From positions 74,400,001-74,464,000 of the forward strand of contig OX597824.1 in assembly GCA_951406725.2 (NCBI GenBank): a stretch of 64,000 bases of DNA, given 5' to 3'. The stretch is from Octopus vulgaris (Eukaryota). Below are positions 50,885 to 64,000 of the stretch, piece after piece (within the stretch, counting starts at the first letter, position 1; each line of letters begins with the position of its first letter). Below the pieces are notes generated by a model that worked only from the letters and a program-made list of their open reading frames with translations, did no database searches and was not told the DNA's origin. A program made the translations under genes and the position numbers.

Positions 50885-51720
50885 GTCATACTACCTGGTT
50901 TAGCATCATTTCATAAGTACTCTTAGAAAAGTTCACTTAGTTAAAAGATTCAAAACTAGATTCTTACCGTGGAATTAGGGTGACCTTACTATACAGAGAC
51001 ATCCTGTTCTTCCCTAGATACCAAAAATTTCAACTAAACCTGCCAAGCTATTCTCCCACCTTTCCTCTAACATTAATGGACTCTCTTCCAACTTAGGCAT
51101 CACACATCACATCTTACACGCAAACTATCCACCCCATTCCTCTTTAGACATGAATCCCTCAACTCATATCCATAAACCATCTCAACATCATAGTACCACT
51201 TGGCTTAGTATTATTCCTTGATCATAAGTACCCTTAATGAAGTTGATTCTGTTAAAAGACTCAAACCAGATCAGAGACTCATAGTGATCTCACGATACAC
51301 AGAACCCCTTTTGTTCTTCCCTAGGTACCAAATATCTAAAACTAAATGTGGCAAACTATTCTTTCACATTTCCTCCAACACTCACAGACTCTGTTCTAAT
51401 TTAGGCCTCATGCATTACATCTTACTTACATGTAAACAATCTACCCTGTTCCTATTATCCATAAGGTCAACCCTTATAAGATAAGGGTTGACTCTTATCC
51501 ATAAGTCATCTCAACATCATACCACTTGGTTTAGTATCATTCCTTGCTCATGAGTACCCTTACCAAAGTTCACTCTGTTAAATGATTCAAACTAGATTCC
51601 TATCAGGGAATTATGGTAATCTCGCAATACAGAGATTCCTTCTGTTCTTCAGATACCAAAGATATCTTCTCTTTTTTAGATACCAAAAACTAAAACTGTC
51701 CAATACTTTACCGTATTCAT
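50885..51720. repeat. Diverged tandem repeat, approx. 2.6 copies of about 310-325 bp
   Basis: Recurring CATA..ACC..TTGGYTTAG, GTTAAA.GAYTCAAA, GTTCTTCCCTAGRTACCAAA and CATCTCAACATCATA blocks. Confidence 0.7.
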
Positions 51721-52298
51721 GTTATACTCAAAAATATGATGTTGGTACATATGTAGTGCACCCATACATGCAGATATACTTATATGCCACATAGAGGCAT
51801 ACAAGTATACATACCTGTGTACATTTATATACACCTCACTCACCTGGATAAAAAAAAAAGGGCAGTAAGTACCTGGATTTTACTGTGTTGAGTCTTAGGA
51901 CCCGTAGTGCTGATTACCTAGTTTCTGTGACATATAAGTGATTGAGGTCACAACATTCCCCCTGAATAGGATGCCAGTCCATCATCACAGGGTGGCTCAC
52001 TTACAGCTGAGTGGACTGGAGCAACATGAAATGAAGTGTGTATTAATATAAACAAACTAACATTTGTTTCTTTATTAGAAGCATTGAAATGTGTATTACT
52101 CTTTACTCTTTTACTTGTTTCAGTCATGTGACTGTGGCTATGCTGGAGCACTGCCTTTAGTCGAGCAAATCGACCCCAGGACTTATTTTTGTAAGCCCAG
52201 TACTTATTCTATCGGATTCTTTTGCTGAACCGCTAAGTTACAGGGACGTAAACACAACAGCATCAGTTGTCAAGTGATGTTAGGGGGACAAAACACAG

Positions 52299-52331
<33 letters not shown>

Positions 52332-53439
52332 CATATATATACGACGGACTTCTTTCAGTTTCCATCTACCAAATCCACTCACAAGTCTTTCGTCGGCCCG
52401 AGGCTATAGTAGAAGACACTTGCCCAAGGTGTCACACAGTGGGACTGAACCCAGAACCATGTGGTTGATAAGCAAGCTACTTACCACGCAGCCACTTTTG
52501 TTGTTTTACTTCAGAAGACAAGGCACCATGCACCTATTTCATCATCCCCAATGATTTTAACTGTCACAACTCCCCTTGGATCACATACTCAATGCAAGCT
52601 GATGCTGCCAGTACAGAAACTGAATCTTTTGTAGTCCTAACACCTTTACATTAACTGATACAAACATCTACAGACATCCTAGATCACATTCAAAGACAAA
52701 GCTGTTCAAATAGGTTAGCCAGCAACCTCTTGCAAAAACCACTGAGCTTTGACCTGAGTCCTGCATGTGCTGTGTAGTAAAAGGCACGTGGCTTAGTTGT
52801 TAGGCCATTCGACTCATGACTGTAAAGTCGTGAGTTCAATTCCGGGTGACGCATTGTGTCCTTGAGCGAGACACTTTATTTCACGTTGCTCCAGTCCACT
52901 CAGCTGGCAAAAATGAGTTGTACCTGTATTTCAAAGGGTCAGCCTTGTCACACTCTGTGTCATGCTGAATCTCCCTGGGAACTACATTAGGGGTACACGT
53001 GTCTGTGGAGTGCTCAGTCACTTGCACGTTAATTCCATGAGCAAGCTGTTCTACTGATCGTATCAGCTGGGACCCTCGTCGTCGTAACCGACGGAGTGCT
53101 CTTACTTATGTGCTGTGTCCCATCTTAGCCTTTTCTACTGCTACTACTATGATTTCTGTTCCTCATAGCTGGGCTGGCATCAAGCCACTTCCACTGAGGC
53201 ACCAACACTACCATTACAACGATCACCAGTAATTCTTAAAACAAAACATTACCTGCCACCCACTTAACAATTAAGTTTTCATACAGCAGGTATAGCTGGG
53301 TATATTTCCTTTGCCATTCTTCTACATACATATGTACATGAATATATATATATATATAAATTCACAAAACCCACATATTTGAGTGAGTGTGAATGTGTGT
53401 ATTTAAGCATACATGAATACATATACATACATACATACA

Positions 53440-53488
<49 letters not shown>

Positions 53489-53503
53489 CATAATATATAT
53501 ATA

Positions 53504-53722
53504 TTGATAGAAAATGGTAAGACAACGAAAGAATGAAAGAGACTTCGACATTAGGTAAATAGAGGAATTTATCTGTAAATATACTATGTGACAATTATTC
53601 AGTAGCCATGATAAAACACTGAGTTTCGGATGTATTGGTGCATGGGTTTCCACCCCAACATCTGAAACTCAGAGTTTTATCATGGCTACCGAATAATTCT
53701 CACATATTATATTTACAGATAA
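53504..53722. mobile_element. Fold-back (TA)n-inserted element, copy 1 (65-bp arms)
   Basis: Arms 53569-53633 and 53658-53722; homologous and inverted relative to 54560-54752. Confidence 0.75.
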
Positions 53723-53905
53723 TATATATACTATACATAATATATATATAATATACATAATATATATATGTGTATGTATATATATATACAATATACATAA
53801 TATATATATATATAATATACATTATATATATATATATAATATACATATATATATATATATAATATACATATATATATATATATAATATACATATATATAT
53901 ATATA

Positions 53906-54012
<107 letters not shown>

Positions 54013-54169
54013 GTATATATATAATATACATAATATATATATATATATGTATAATATACATTATATATATATATATAAATCAAAAACGAAATATATATAT
54101 ATATATAGTATACATATTTGGCTGAAAGCCATTAATCATTCCTTGAATCTCTGTTTCAGTATAATTCAA

Positions 54170-54222
54170 CCATGGCTGCTGTCTGATGAAGCTTGTATTC
54201 CCAGAAATTTGTAAGTAATGGT
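54170..54222 (+). ncRNA. Degenerate type I hammerhead inside an inverted repeat
   Basis: CTGATGA (54183-54189), GAAA (54204-54207), GTA (54211-54213); stem II is poorly paired. Confidence 0.4.
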
Positions 54223-54525
54223 TATGGCTTTTAGCCAAATAAATTATACTCCACTGTTTGTATCGAGTACCCTGTCTGTCATTTGTTAACACACATATAT
54301 ACATACAAATATACACAGAATGTCTCCAAAATTATTGGATCATTGCTAAATTTAATTACCCTTTTAATTATAAAATATTCATATTTATTCTTCTATAAAC
54401 AACAATAACACTTCTTGGAAAACATTTAGAAGTAGTTTTGCAAAATTACATTCTTCAAATGGCCACCATTTTGTTCTTGACAAAAGCAGGCCCTCTATGT
54501 GTGTGTGTGTTTGTGTGTGTGTGTG

Positions 54526-54559
<34 letters not shown>

Positions 54560-54563
<4 letters not shown>

Positions 54564-54752
54564 ATGTTACATTACTCGGTAGTCAAGATAAAACTCTGAG
54601 TTTCAGATGCCGTGGATTTCCACTTCGGCATCTGAAACTCAGAGTTTTATCTTGACTACCGAGTAATGTAACATATCGTATAGATAAATTTCCTCTATTT
54701 ACATAATATTGAGGTCTCTTTCTTTCTTTTGTTATCTTACCGTTTTATCAAT
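54560..54752. mobile_element. Fold-back (TA)n-inserted element, copy 2 (51-bp perfect arms)
   Basis: Arms 54562-54612 and 54626-54676. Confidence 0.8.
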
Positions 54753-56018
54753 ATATATATATATATATATATACATACATACACACACACACGTGTATAT
54801 ACATATATATACAAATATGTACATACAATATATTTATACATCCACACATATATATACATATATATTTTTTTACTACTCACAAGGGGCTAAACACAGAGGG
54901 GACAAACAAGGACAGACAAACGGATTAAGTCGATAACATCAACCCCAGTGTGTAACTGGTACTTAATTTATCGACCCCGAAAGGATGAAAGGCAAAGTCG
55001 ACCTCGGCAGAATTGCATACATATGCAGATACACACACACACACATACACATGCGCGCACACACACACACACACACACATGCATATAGTAAAGTTTATTT
55101 CCCAACAGAATGTGGTAGTCCTAAGGTGGTGAGCTGGCAGAAACATTAGCACGCCAGGCAAAATGCTTAGTAATAGTTCATCTGTCTTTACATTCTGAGT
55201 TCAAATTCTGCAGAGGTCAACTTTGCCTTTCATCCTTTCAGGGTCGATAAATTAAGTACCAGTTGCATACTGGGGTTGATCTAATCGACTGGCCTCCTCC
55301 CCAAAAATTTCGGCCCTTGTGCCTAGAGTAGAAAAGAATGTGGTAAAAAAATACAAAACGGGACAAGAACGCAAAACATCCAGACAGGTGATACAAGAAA
55401 GGGACAACAAAACATCCAGATAGACTATACAAAGAAAGCAAGGACGGGACATTCGGTGTCTTCTTTCCTCAGTTGAGTTCCAGATTATCTTTGCAATTTT
55501 GGCTGGTTATACTCAAGAGTGCTCCAATCTGGCCAGCCCCAAGGAAAAAACTAAGCTAAGAGCATCAGATTCCTTGGAAGAAAGCAGCGAATGTATATGA
55601 AAACAAGGAAGGAAAAAAATGGAGAAAGTTACACAAATACAAATAACAGGACATAACAACAGGTGCCTTTCGACAAAGGACAAATTAAATTAAGCTGGTG
55701 TGTGTATAAGAAAAGCCTTATGGCAGGGGTACAAGATTTCACAGGCACAAGGAAGAATATTGATGTTGCACAGACAATGGCCGAACCAAGAAAGAAAGGT
55801 CAGGCTATAGTAGAAGATACTTGCCCTAGATGCCATGCAGTGGGACTGAACCCGGAACCATGTGGTTGGTAAGCAAGCTACTTACTACACAGCCACTCCT
55901 GTGTCTATATATATATAGTTAATTCAAACATGAAAACACAAAGAGAAAACACAACAACGCGAGGACGTGGAACAAATATAGTATTATTGGACGCTCAAGA
56001 AGGAAGGGAAGAAGGAGG

Positions 56019-56053
56019 GTTTTACGTTTCGAGTGGAGCTCTTCGTCAGAAAC
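56019..56053 (-). ncRNA. Minimal hammerhead within a (TA)n-inserted element of about 230 bp (55918-56150)
   Basis: GTTT CTGACGA A GAG ctcca CTC GAAA C GTA AAAC; related degenerate copy at 33556-33591. Confidence 0.6.
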
Positions 56054-56543
56054 ATAGGAAAAGGATAGATCCAGAGATGAGAAGATGGAGGGAAAAAAAT
56101 TGCCAACGGTACACACGCGGTCACATTTTGAATACATATATATATATAAATATGTATATATATCCACAAATATATATATATGTATAAATAAATATATATA
56201 TATAAAGTATGTATAAATATATGTGTGTGTGAGTGAAAGGGTAATAATCCAAGCGGTATGCTCATGAAATACATCTGTATACTCCAGTTCTCCAAAGTAA
56301 ATCCATAGGTGTTATGATCCATATGAGAGCTGAAAACACTGGAAATTACTGTTAAATACTGGACCTTATTTATTGCAGAGTAATTTCTTTCGTTTGTTCA
56401 TTCGCTTGCTCGCTCATTCGTCCATACATACGTACATGCATTGAAACTGTAAAAATCTGTAAAACTTTCCAGAAGTTTATCATTTAAGCATATACGCGCA
56501 TGTCTAGACATGCAACTTTATGCATGAGAATAAATATATATAT

Positions 56544-56583
<40 letters not shown>

Positions 56584-56930
56584 CAAAACATACAAATCTG
56601 CACGTATAGATATATAGAAATTCGGGGTGAGTACTTGATAATTATAAGCACCTGTGTATACCGTTTGGTGGATGCAAATCCTCTCATTCACGTACGACAT
56701 AATGCGGCAGCAGCATAGAATTGAAGCGTCCATCTCTTTCTTCTCTCAATGTAGAATGCCACAGACATACATTATGCATTGTTATAAATCTGTCTAATAA
56801 AGGCCCGAAACATATGTACCGCTGAATCCTTCGCATCATGTTTTTATTTTATTTTGATCAATTTACGTATAGATATATAGATAGACAGACAGACAGACAG
56901 ACAGATAGATAGATAGATCGACAGACAGAC

Positions 56931-57025
<95 letters not shown>

Positions 57026-57854
57026 CAGATGGACAGATAGATAGACAGATAGATAGACAAATAGACAGACAGACAGACAAACAGATAGACAGATAGATAG
57101 ACAAATAGACAGACAGACAGACAGACAGATAAACAGATAGATAGATAGATAGATATCCAATGAAGGAGCCTTGGATCGAGGTTAGAATCTGGGTTCTTTC
57201 TCTATTGGCAAGAAATCTTGAAATAAAACTGAATAATGACACAGACACACATGGACACACAGATAAATGTGTGCGCGTGTACACACTCATACACACACGC
57301 GCGCACACATACACGTGTGAAGTTTAACATTTTGTGTAATAATTAAGCTCGTCTTTCCGACAACAATAACATCAACTAAAAATGATTTCAAGAACGCTGT
57401 GACATTGACCTGTTGTCTTCAACTAATGTAGTAGTAGTAGTAGTAGTAGTTGTAGTTGTTGTTGTTGTTGGAAAGTTGAGCTGATAAAAGAAAGTGTTTC
57501 TTCGGTGACAGCACCTTAACTTGTTCTGGTACCGGCGTGTGTGTGTGTGTGTCTGTGAAAATGTACGTATGTGTATGTGTGTGAGGAGAGTGAGAGAGAG
57601 AGGGGGGGCACACGTACGTGTTTATCTTAAGTGCGTGATGTTTATGTGACGCATGTGTCTGGCTTTTCTTGAATTGAAACGTCAAACGCTTGCTTAAGGT
57701 GCGATCATCTGTTTCCCGGACGGACATGTCAATGTGGAGAAAATTAGCGGGAGTTTACGCATGACACTGAATCAGGAAGGAATCACAGATACTGATCTTA
57801 TTCTCACCCATCCTTTCGGCTATTAAAGGATTTTGCTTTCTTCTTCTTCTCCTC

Positions 57855-57920
<66 letters not shown>

Positions 57921-58355
57921 GACTGAGGAAAGAGCTCGGATTTCTAAATCCAAGCTGTTTTGCGATAGGATTTGACAGACGGAAACTGACAGAAGCCCAT
58001 CGTGTGTGTGTATGTGTGTGTGTGTGTGTATGTGTGTGTGTGTGTGTGTATGTGTGTGTCTCCCATCACCGCTTGACAACTGGTGCTGGGGTGTTTACGT
58101 CTCCGTAAAATAGCGGTTCGGCAAAAGAAACTGATAGAATGAGTACTAGGCTTAAAAAACAAGTCCTGGGTGTTGATTTGTTCGACTAAAAGGTTTCAAG
58201 GCGGTGACTCAGCATGGCCGCAGTCAAATGACAGAAATATGTAAAAGAAAAAATATATACATACATCCATACATATGCACATATATACAAACGCACGTAC
58301 ATACATACATACATACATACATACATTCATTCATACATACATACATACATATGCA

Positions 58356-58410
<55 letters not shown>

Positions 58411-59925
58411 TCGTTTACTTGTTTCAGTCATTTGACTGCGGCCATACTGGAGCACAGCCTTTAGTCGAGCAAATCGACCTCAGGACTTATTCTTTGGAAG
58501 CCTAGTACTTATTCTATCGGTCACTTTTGCCGAACCATCGGTTGTCAAGCGATGTTGGGGGCACAGACATATACATACACATACATATATACACATATAT
58601 ACGACGGGCTTCTTTCAGTTTCCGTCTACTCAGAAGGCTTTGGTTGGCCCGAGGCTATAGTAGAAGACACTTGCCCAAGGTGCCACGCAGTGGGAATGAT
58701 CCCGGAACCATGTGGTTGGCAAGCAAGCTACTAACCACACAGCTACACCTGTGCCTATTTATATTATATTATATTATTTATCAATATATATACATACATA
58801 ATACCCACAAGTAAATAAACCTTGAAGTTTCCATCCAATCTTTATTTCACAATCATGTAGTTATCTTCCAGCCTGAACATCCATACGTATAGACGTCTAC
58901 AGCCAGCGGGGGTAGTCCTCAGTTTGGGGAAAACAAGGATAGCTGAGAACATGCACCTCTGTGTTGTGACCCTTCTCTCTTATCATAGTTTACTTAATCA
59001 GGATTGACCTTGGGCCTTACTACGACAAGAACCTGCCAATTGTAAAGATTTGATAATGGAACTGCACCGTAACTAACTGCTGCGTGTTATGGATGCCTTC
59101 TTGATCAAGGCTGCCTTGTTGGGGTTATACAACTGCTTGTGTGCCTGCGGTCGGTCAACTTGATCAAGACAGGGCTGTAGCGACACAGCAAAAACAATGA
59201 CAAGTTCAAGGACGAACGGAACGAGGGCGTGTCTATACAGTCACACGACCCGCTAGAAATAGCTACCAAATCTACTCCCTAACTCATATTACATAGTCCC
59301 CAAGGTAAAAAAAAATTAAAAGACATGTTAAATAATGTAGGGTATCTTTGATCATAGGTTTGTTTCAATTGGAGTTGACGCGGAGCAGAATTAAACAGGG
59401 ATCAACAACAGGGCCTCTATGCGATCTGCTAGATACAACAGCCAAATCTCCCTCCCTCGAACCACAGTTCATTAAAATTTGTTACTTAGACGATATGGAT
59501 TACTACATGAAACTTTTATCGTAGGTCTGCTAGATCAGAGCTGCCCCGAGGCTAAATAACAAGTGTAATTACCTCAGATAGATTCATAAGACAACTGTAC
59601 CTAGAACGATACATATTTTAATGATTACAATTGTGTTATTTTGTATAGGTCGACCCTGATAGTACTGTCAAAATTTAAGGTATTTCCAGTTGTGGCCTTC
59701 CTGCACTTTACCTGCACATACTTATATTACCCTGCTGTGATCTTGTCCCTCTTTTTTTAAAACAAGCTAGAGGCTATTCCCACCATGTCTTACGACAACG
59801 TAGAGGTTTTAGTTTTAAAAGTACGGGTTTACTTCATACCGGAAATCATCGAAATAAGTGATTAAGTTTCAATAATTAAGGACATAATTTATATTATATT
59901 TTCGATTTATTAACATGCCGATATA

Positions 59926-59974
<49 letters not shown>

Positions 59975-61127
59975 CACATAATTCTTTTACACGAATATTG
60001 TTGATAGTGACTTCGAAGCTTTCGGCTTGCTAAACCTAACACTGTTCTTGTAAAAGATTAATAAATAGGTACTCTTCAGGGAGTATTATAGAGTAACCCT
60101 TCAGTTTAATGTAAATTTGTGTTTTAATTATAACTCGACATAAAAAAAAAACATTAAGATATAAATATATATATATACATGCACACACATATATAAAATG
60201 TACGTATTTGGCAGTTATAAAGTAATACGATAGTTTCTTTTAATTATTATGTCAGTATATAGAAATCGATAAACAAATATCAACCAAGTACTGGAAATCC
60301 TGTTTAATCAACCATATCCACTCGCCACTTTTTAAGCTTGTGTCATAATTAAAAGCGAAATTAAATATGTAAATAAATTAAACCCACCCAGTTATCCAAG
60401 CACTAATTTAAAGTTTGTCCATCACCCAAAACCGAAAAGAAATTATAAATACCCCTCCTCCACACAAACACACACTTATGTGTAGCCAAGAATTATTTTA
60501 AGTAAGCGACTCTGTTTTGTTTTTGTTGTTCTGAATTAAAAAGCACTTCATATATTGATATAATCAAGAGAATATAGTTGCAGAAATTCATTTAGAACTT
60601 TTGTTGTTGTTGTTGAAAAGAGAGGAAAACCGACAAATTTGTTGACTAAGAAAGGCGACAAAAAGTTTTTCAAGAATCCAAGAATCTTCGACATGAAATA
60701 GGTAATGACTATACAAGACCCTCTCTCTCGTTCTCTCTGTCTCTCTCTCTTTATTTCTGCTCTTACTACACACATCCCACCCGTTAACTACCTAACACTC
60801 TATCAATCTAGATAACTACTTTTTTTTCTCTCTCTCTGTTTATTCATCTCTCTATCTGCACATCGTCACCTTTCTCATCTCTCTCTGTATGTAAGAAACC
60901 ACCCTTTCATTTCATATCCTCTCTCTCTCTCTCTCTCTCTCTATCTCTAAATGTATATACATATACATAAGTGTGTGTACATGCACATGCGTTTGTGTAC
61001 ATAATCGCAGAACTGTATGGATGTGTCAATGTGTGTGTATATGTATGTATATGAATGGTTCTCTCTCTCTCTCGCTCTCTATCTCTATCTCTCTCGCTCT
61101 CTCTCTATCTCTATAATTATCACTTAC

Positions 61128-61463
61128 CGTTAGGATCCATCGATTTGGTTAATGTTAAGTTCCAAAATCAAGTTGTGAAAAGCGTAACAAGTCCAAATGT
61201 CACAACTATCATGATATTACAATCACTGTCGTTACAATTAAACGGAGGTGGTGGTGGGGGAAAAGATTAAAATTATTATTTTCTTCCTTTTTTTTTGTCT
61301 TTTTTCTTTTTTGTCGTCTAACTTATCGCCGACTGGCAACGTATCATCCTCTGTCTTATTATATATATATATATACTGACTGGTAGTGGGTAAGCAGGAT
61401 AGCTCTCACACTTTGACTCTCTCTCTCTCTGAAGATCTACTTCCACTCGCAAATTATATATAC

Positions 61464-61535
<72 letters not shown>

Positions 61536-61620
61536 ACTTCAGTATAAAAGCTGATGATGTTGACGAAGACAAGTGTAATTTTGTGAAAGGGGAGTGACGG
61601 CAAAAAGCGAAGAGGGAAGA
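61128..61620 (-). other. Candidate first exon (5' UTR plus ATG GAT CCT AAC G) of a minus-strand host gene
   Basis: Strong donor AACG|GTAAGT at 61128; ATG at 61140-61138; TE-free, CpG-retaining, (CT)n-rich surroundings. The 5' boundary is a guess. Confidence 0.45.
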
Positions 61621-61817
61621 GATAGAGGAAGACGGTGAGAGAGAGAGAGAGAGAGAGAAAGAAGATACAACATTGAATGGTTTGTTGAAAGGGGAACAGA
61701 GGGAGATAGAGAGAGAGCATTAGATAGAGAGGGGTAAGTGGGGAGACGGCATGAATTAAACTTGCATGGCCTTGTGCCTAAGAAATTACTGCCTCTTACC
61801 TCACTCACTTTCTAGCT

Positions 61818-61860
<43 letters not shown>

Positions 61861-62611
61861 CTCATTCCCTAATTCCCTCTCTCTGACTCCCTCTCTTGTT
61901 CCCTGTCTGTCTCTGTCTCTCTCTCTTTCTCCGAGTCTTACGCACATATGTATGTATTTGTATTTACACATGTGTAGAATAGTCACAATTTACAATCATA
62001 CGAGACGGCATAACGTCGTCGCTCTAGTAGCTAAAAATATCAGTTAAATTTCTCCTCAAATCGCACCCGACTGTCCTAAAGAAGGAATGATACAAAGTGT
62101 TATATATTCCTAGATATACCATGCCCCTGAATAACGTCTTTGATCATGGGACTACGCTCTCGTGTGTGACCTTGTCATTAAAAAAATAACAATACGTTGA
62201 CACGAGTCAACAAGGGAAACTCTACGTTTTCAGTCGGCCTGCTAGAAATAGCAGCCGAATCACCCTCGAACTACACGCCAATGTCTTAAAAATGGGCAAG
62301 ATATATTAGGTCATGTAGTCCTAGTCGCCTACAAAATGACAATGGTCAAGGTTGGAACTTCTGAACGTAAATCGGCCCAGTCAGGTCTGAAAACAACACT
62401 GTTGTAGGAAAGAAAAAAAACATTAACAGATTTTCGTCATCAGTGTGGATAACTACACTGTCAACATAAAAAAAAAAAATCTGGGGGAAAAAATGGAAAT
62501 ACTTCAATTTGCTGGAAGAAATTTAAAAAGATCCGAGTCCTAGATAAACAAAATTTAAGATGGGAAAGCAACTTCTAAAACAGTGGTTCTGGGATCCATA
62601 TGGTCCCTGAG

Positions 62612-64000
62612 CAGTGTTGCCAACTTAAAATCAGAATTTTTTGCTTAATTTCAGTAGAAAAAATAGAAAGAAAAAAAAAAGCTAAACATTGCTAAATAAG
62701 AAAAAAAAAAAAATCCTCATGAACAACAGGTAAACCCAAATATCCTTTAGCAGAATTTCAAGAAATTCATCTGACAACAAAAAATATGTACAGAGGAAAT
62801 TATATCTTTAGTATAGATCCCACCTTATAAAGCTGACAGCTGTTTCATTCAGTGTTGCCAACTTTAAATCACAATTCTATGCTAAATTTCAGTAGAAAAA
62901 ATACAAAAAAAAAAAAAATGCTAAATATCAAAAAGCTTAATTTTTATTTACATTTTTATTTACTTTCTTTAATTATATTCAGTATTGAGAAATTATTTCT
63001 TGAATTTCACTGATTTGATCACTTTCAGCTGTGGTGCCTAGGTCTTGACTTCTGTATACATTCAAGGTCACAATTTTGTTAATAATGTGTTTTGGAATAT
63101 CAAAGTTTTTGCAACATTTGCCATATCTTTTCAGGCCTTATTTTATTAACTGTATTGATCTGATCATAGGAAGATGCATTTTGTTCAATTTTGTTCAACC
63201 GTTCAATTTCTGCATTTGAGATTGGCAATGTCAAGAGATTATTGGCAAAATTTGCAACATCTCTAAAAGGATTTCCTCCAGTAGCATCTTTATATTCCAA
63301 GACTTCCAGCCAGAATGCCTCAGTGTTAGATGTATTTGTCCATTTAACTAAACAAATGCTATTAAAGTGAATTTCAATTGAAGCAATTCTTTCTTCATTT
63401 AAAAGCATTGCTTCTAAGACAGGTAAAATTGGTTCTTTGAAATGCTGCAAAATATTCTCTAAGGAAAAACATTTGGTATTCCTCAGTATATTAATATTTT
63501 CTGGTAAACGGTGCTTGAGCTCTTTATAAAGGCAGAGTAAAAATTGTTGTGCACTTTTGTGAATATTGTTTTCTTTGGTGGCTGTTACAGTCTTCTTGGT
63601 AATCATTTCTGCTATCTTTCTCTTGAACCTGTAGCCTAAATTTGGTTTAGGATCCAGAAATTTTTCAGTAGAAGCATCTGGATCAAGAGGATCAATTCTA
63701 CATGTTGGCAACATTATCATATTAGCAACAGATTTGATCAAATTTTGTTGACAGTGTTTGATTCAAACAGTTTATTCACTTCCTGAACATGTTTTAAAAT
63801 TGGATGCAAAAATAAAAGGTAAAGTTCATTCCCAGAATCACAAAACATTTTACGTAACGTTTGTGCTGTAAAGCACTTTTCTTTTGTAGCTGTAGTTTGG
63901 AAGTGAGTTTGCAATTCAAACCATAGGCTTAAAATTCTATTTACAGCTGGTTCTATTGACAGCCACCTAATTATACAAGAATTCACTATCTTCAAAGGCT
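62612..64000 (-). mobile_element. hAT DNA transposon, 3' part (transposase pseudogene and terminus), truncated by the window
   Basis: IRWLS motif, FW..., and LLTLPISNAEIER dimerisation motif; frameshift/deletion near 63740 and after AEIER; terminus CAGTGTTGCCAAC at 62612, repeated at 62850. Confidence 0.85.

Noticed and set aside
61128-61140. Metallothionein call from the MDPN start
   Set aside because: The next codon begins with G, so it cannot be Cys, and no Cys-rich downstream exons were found.

Overview
AT-rich, repeat-saturated animal genomic DNA. The SINE repertoire and the density of (AT)n/(CA)n/(ATT)n microsatellites point to a coleoid cephalopod, most likely Octopus (inference from recognised repeat types, not from a database search). 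Most ORFs in the track are microsatellite or SINE artefacts. The protein-like segments are all decayed transposons: a Helitron Rep/PIF1 deletion derivative (1.1-2.2 kb), two Penelope-like elements (6.7-8.3 kb, 18.6-19.4 kb), CR1-type, RTE-type and R4/Dong-type LINE 3' ends, a Tc1/mariner remnant (32.4-32.9 kb) and a hAT transposase at the right edge. There are also MITEs and at least five SINE families, which I label A-E. The window probably covers the 5' end and large first intron(s) of an unidentified minus-strand host gene: a donor at 61128 follows ATG GAT CCT AAC G, and an acceptor at 57 opens an ORF that runs off the window. The most notable signal is a dense population of short non-coding elements inserted in (TA)n tracts that carry type I hammerhead ribozyme cores and/or fold-back inverted repeats. 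These include a 348-bp retrozyme-like tandem at 31.7-32.2 kb and a core-intact hammerhead with a long structured stem II at 16.24-16.34 kb. Several local templated duplications, SINE-head minisatellites and a SINE with a 74-bp target duplication are also visible. Coordinates were counted by eye and element boundaries are approximate.
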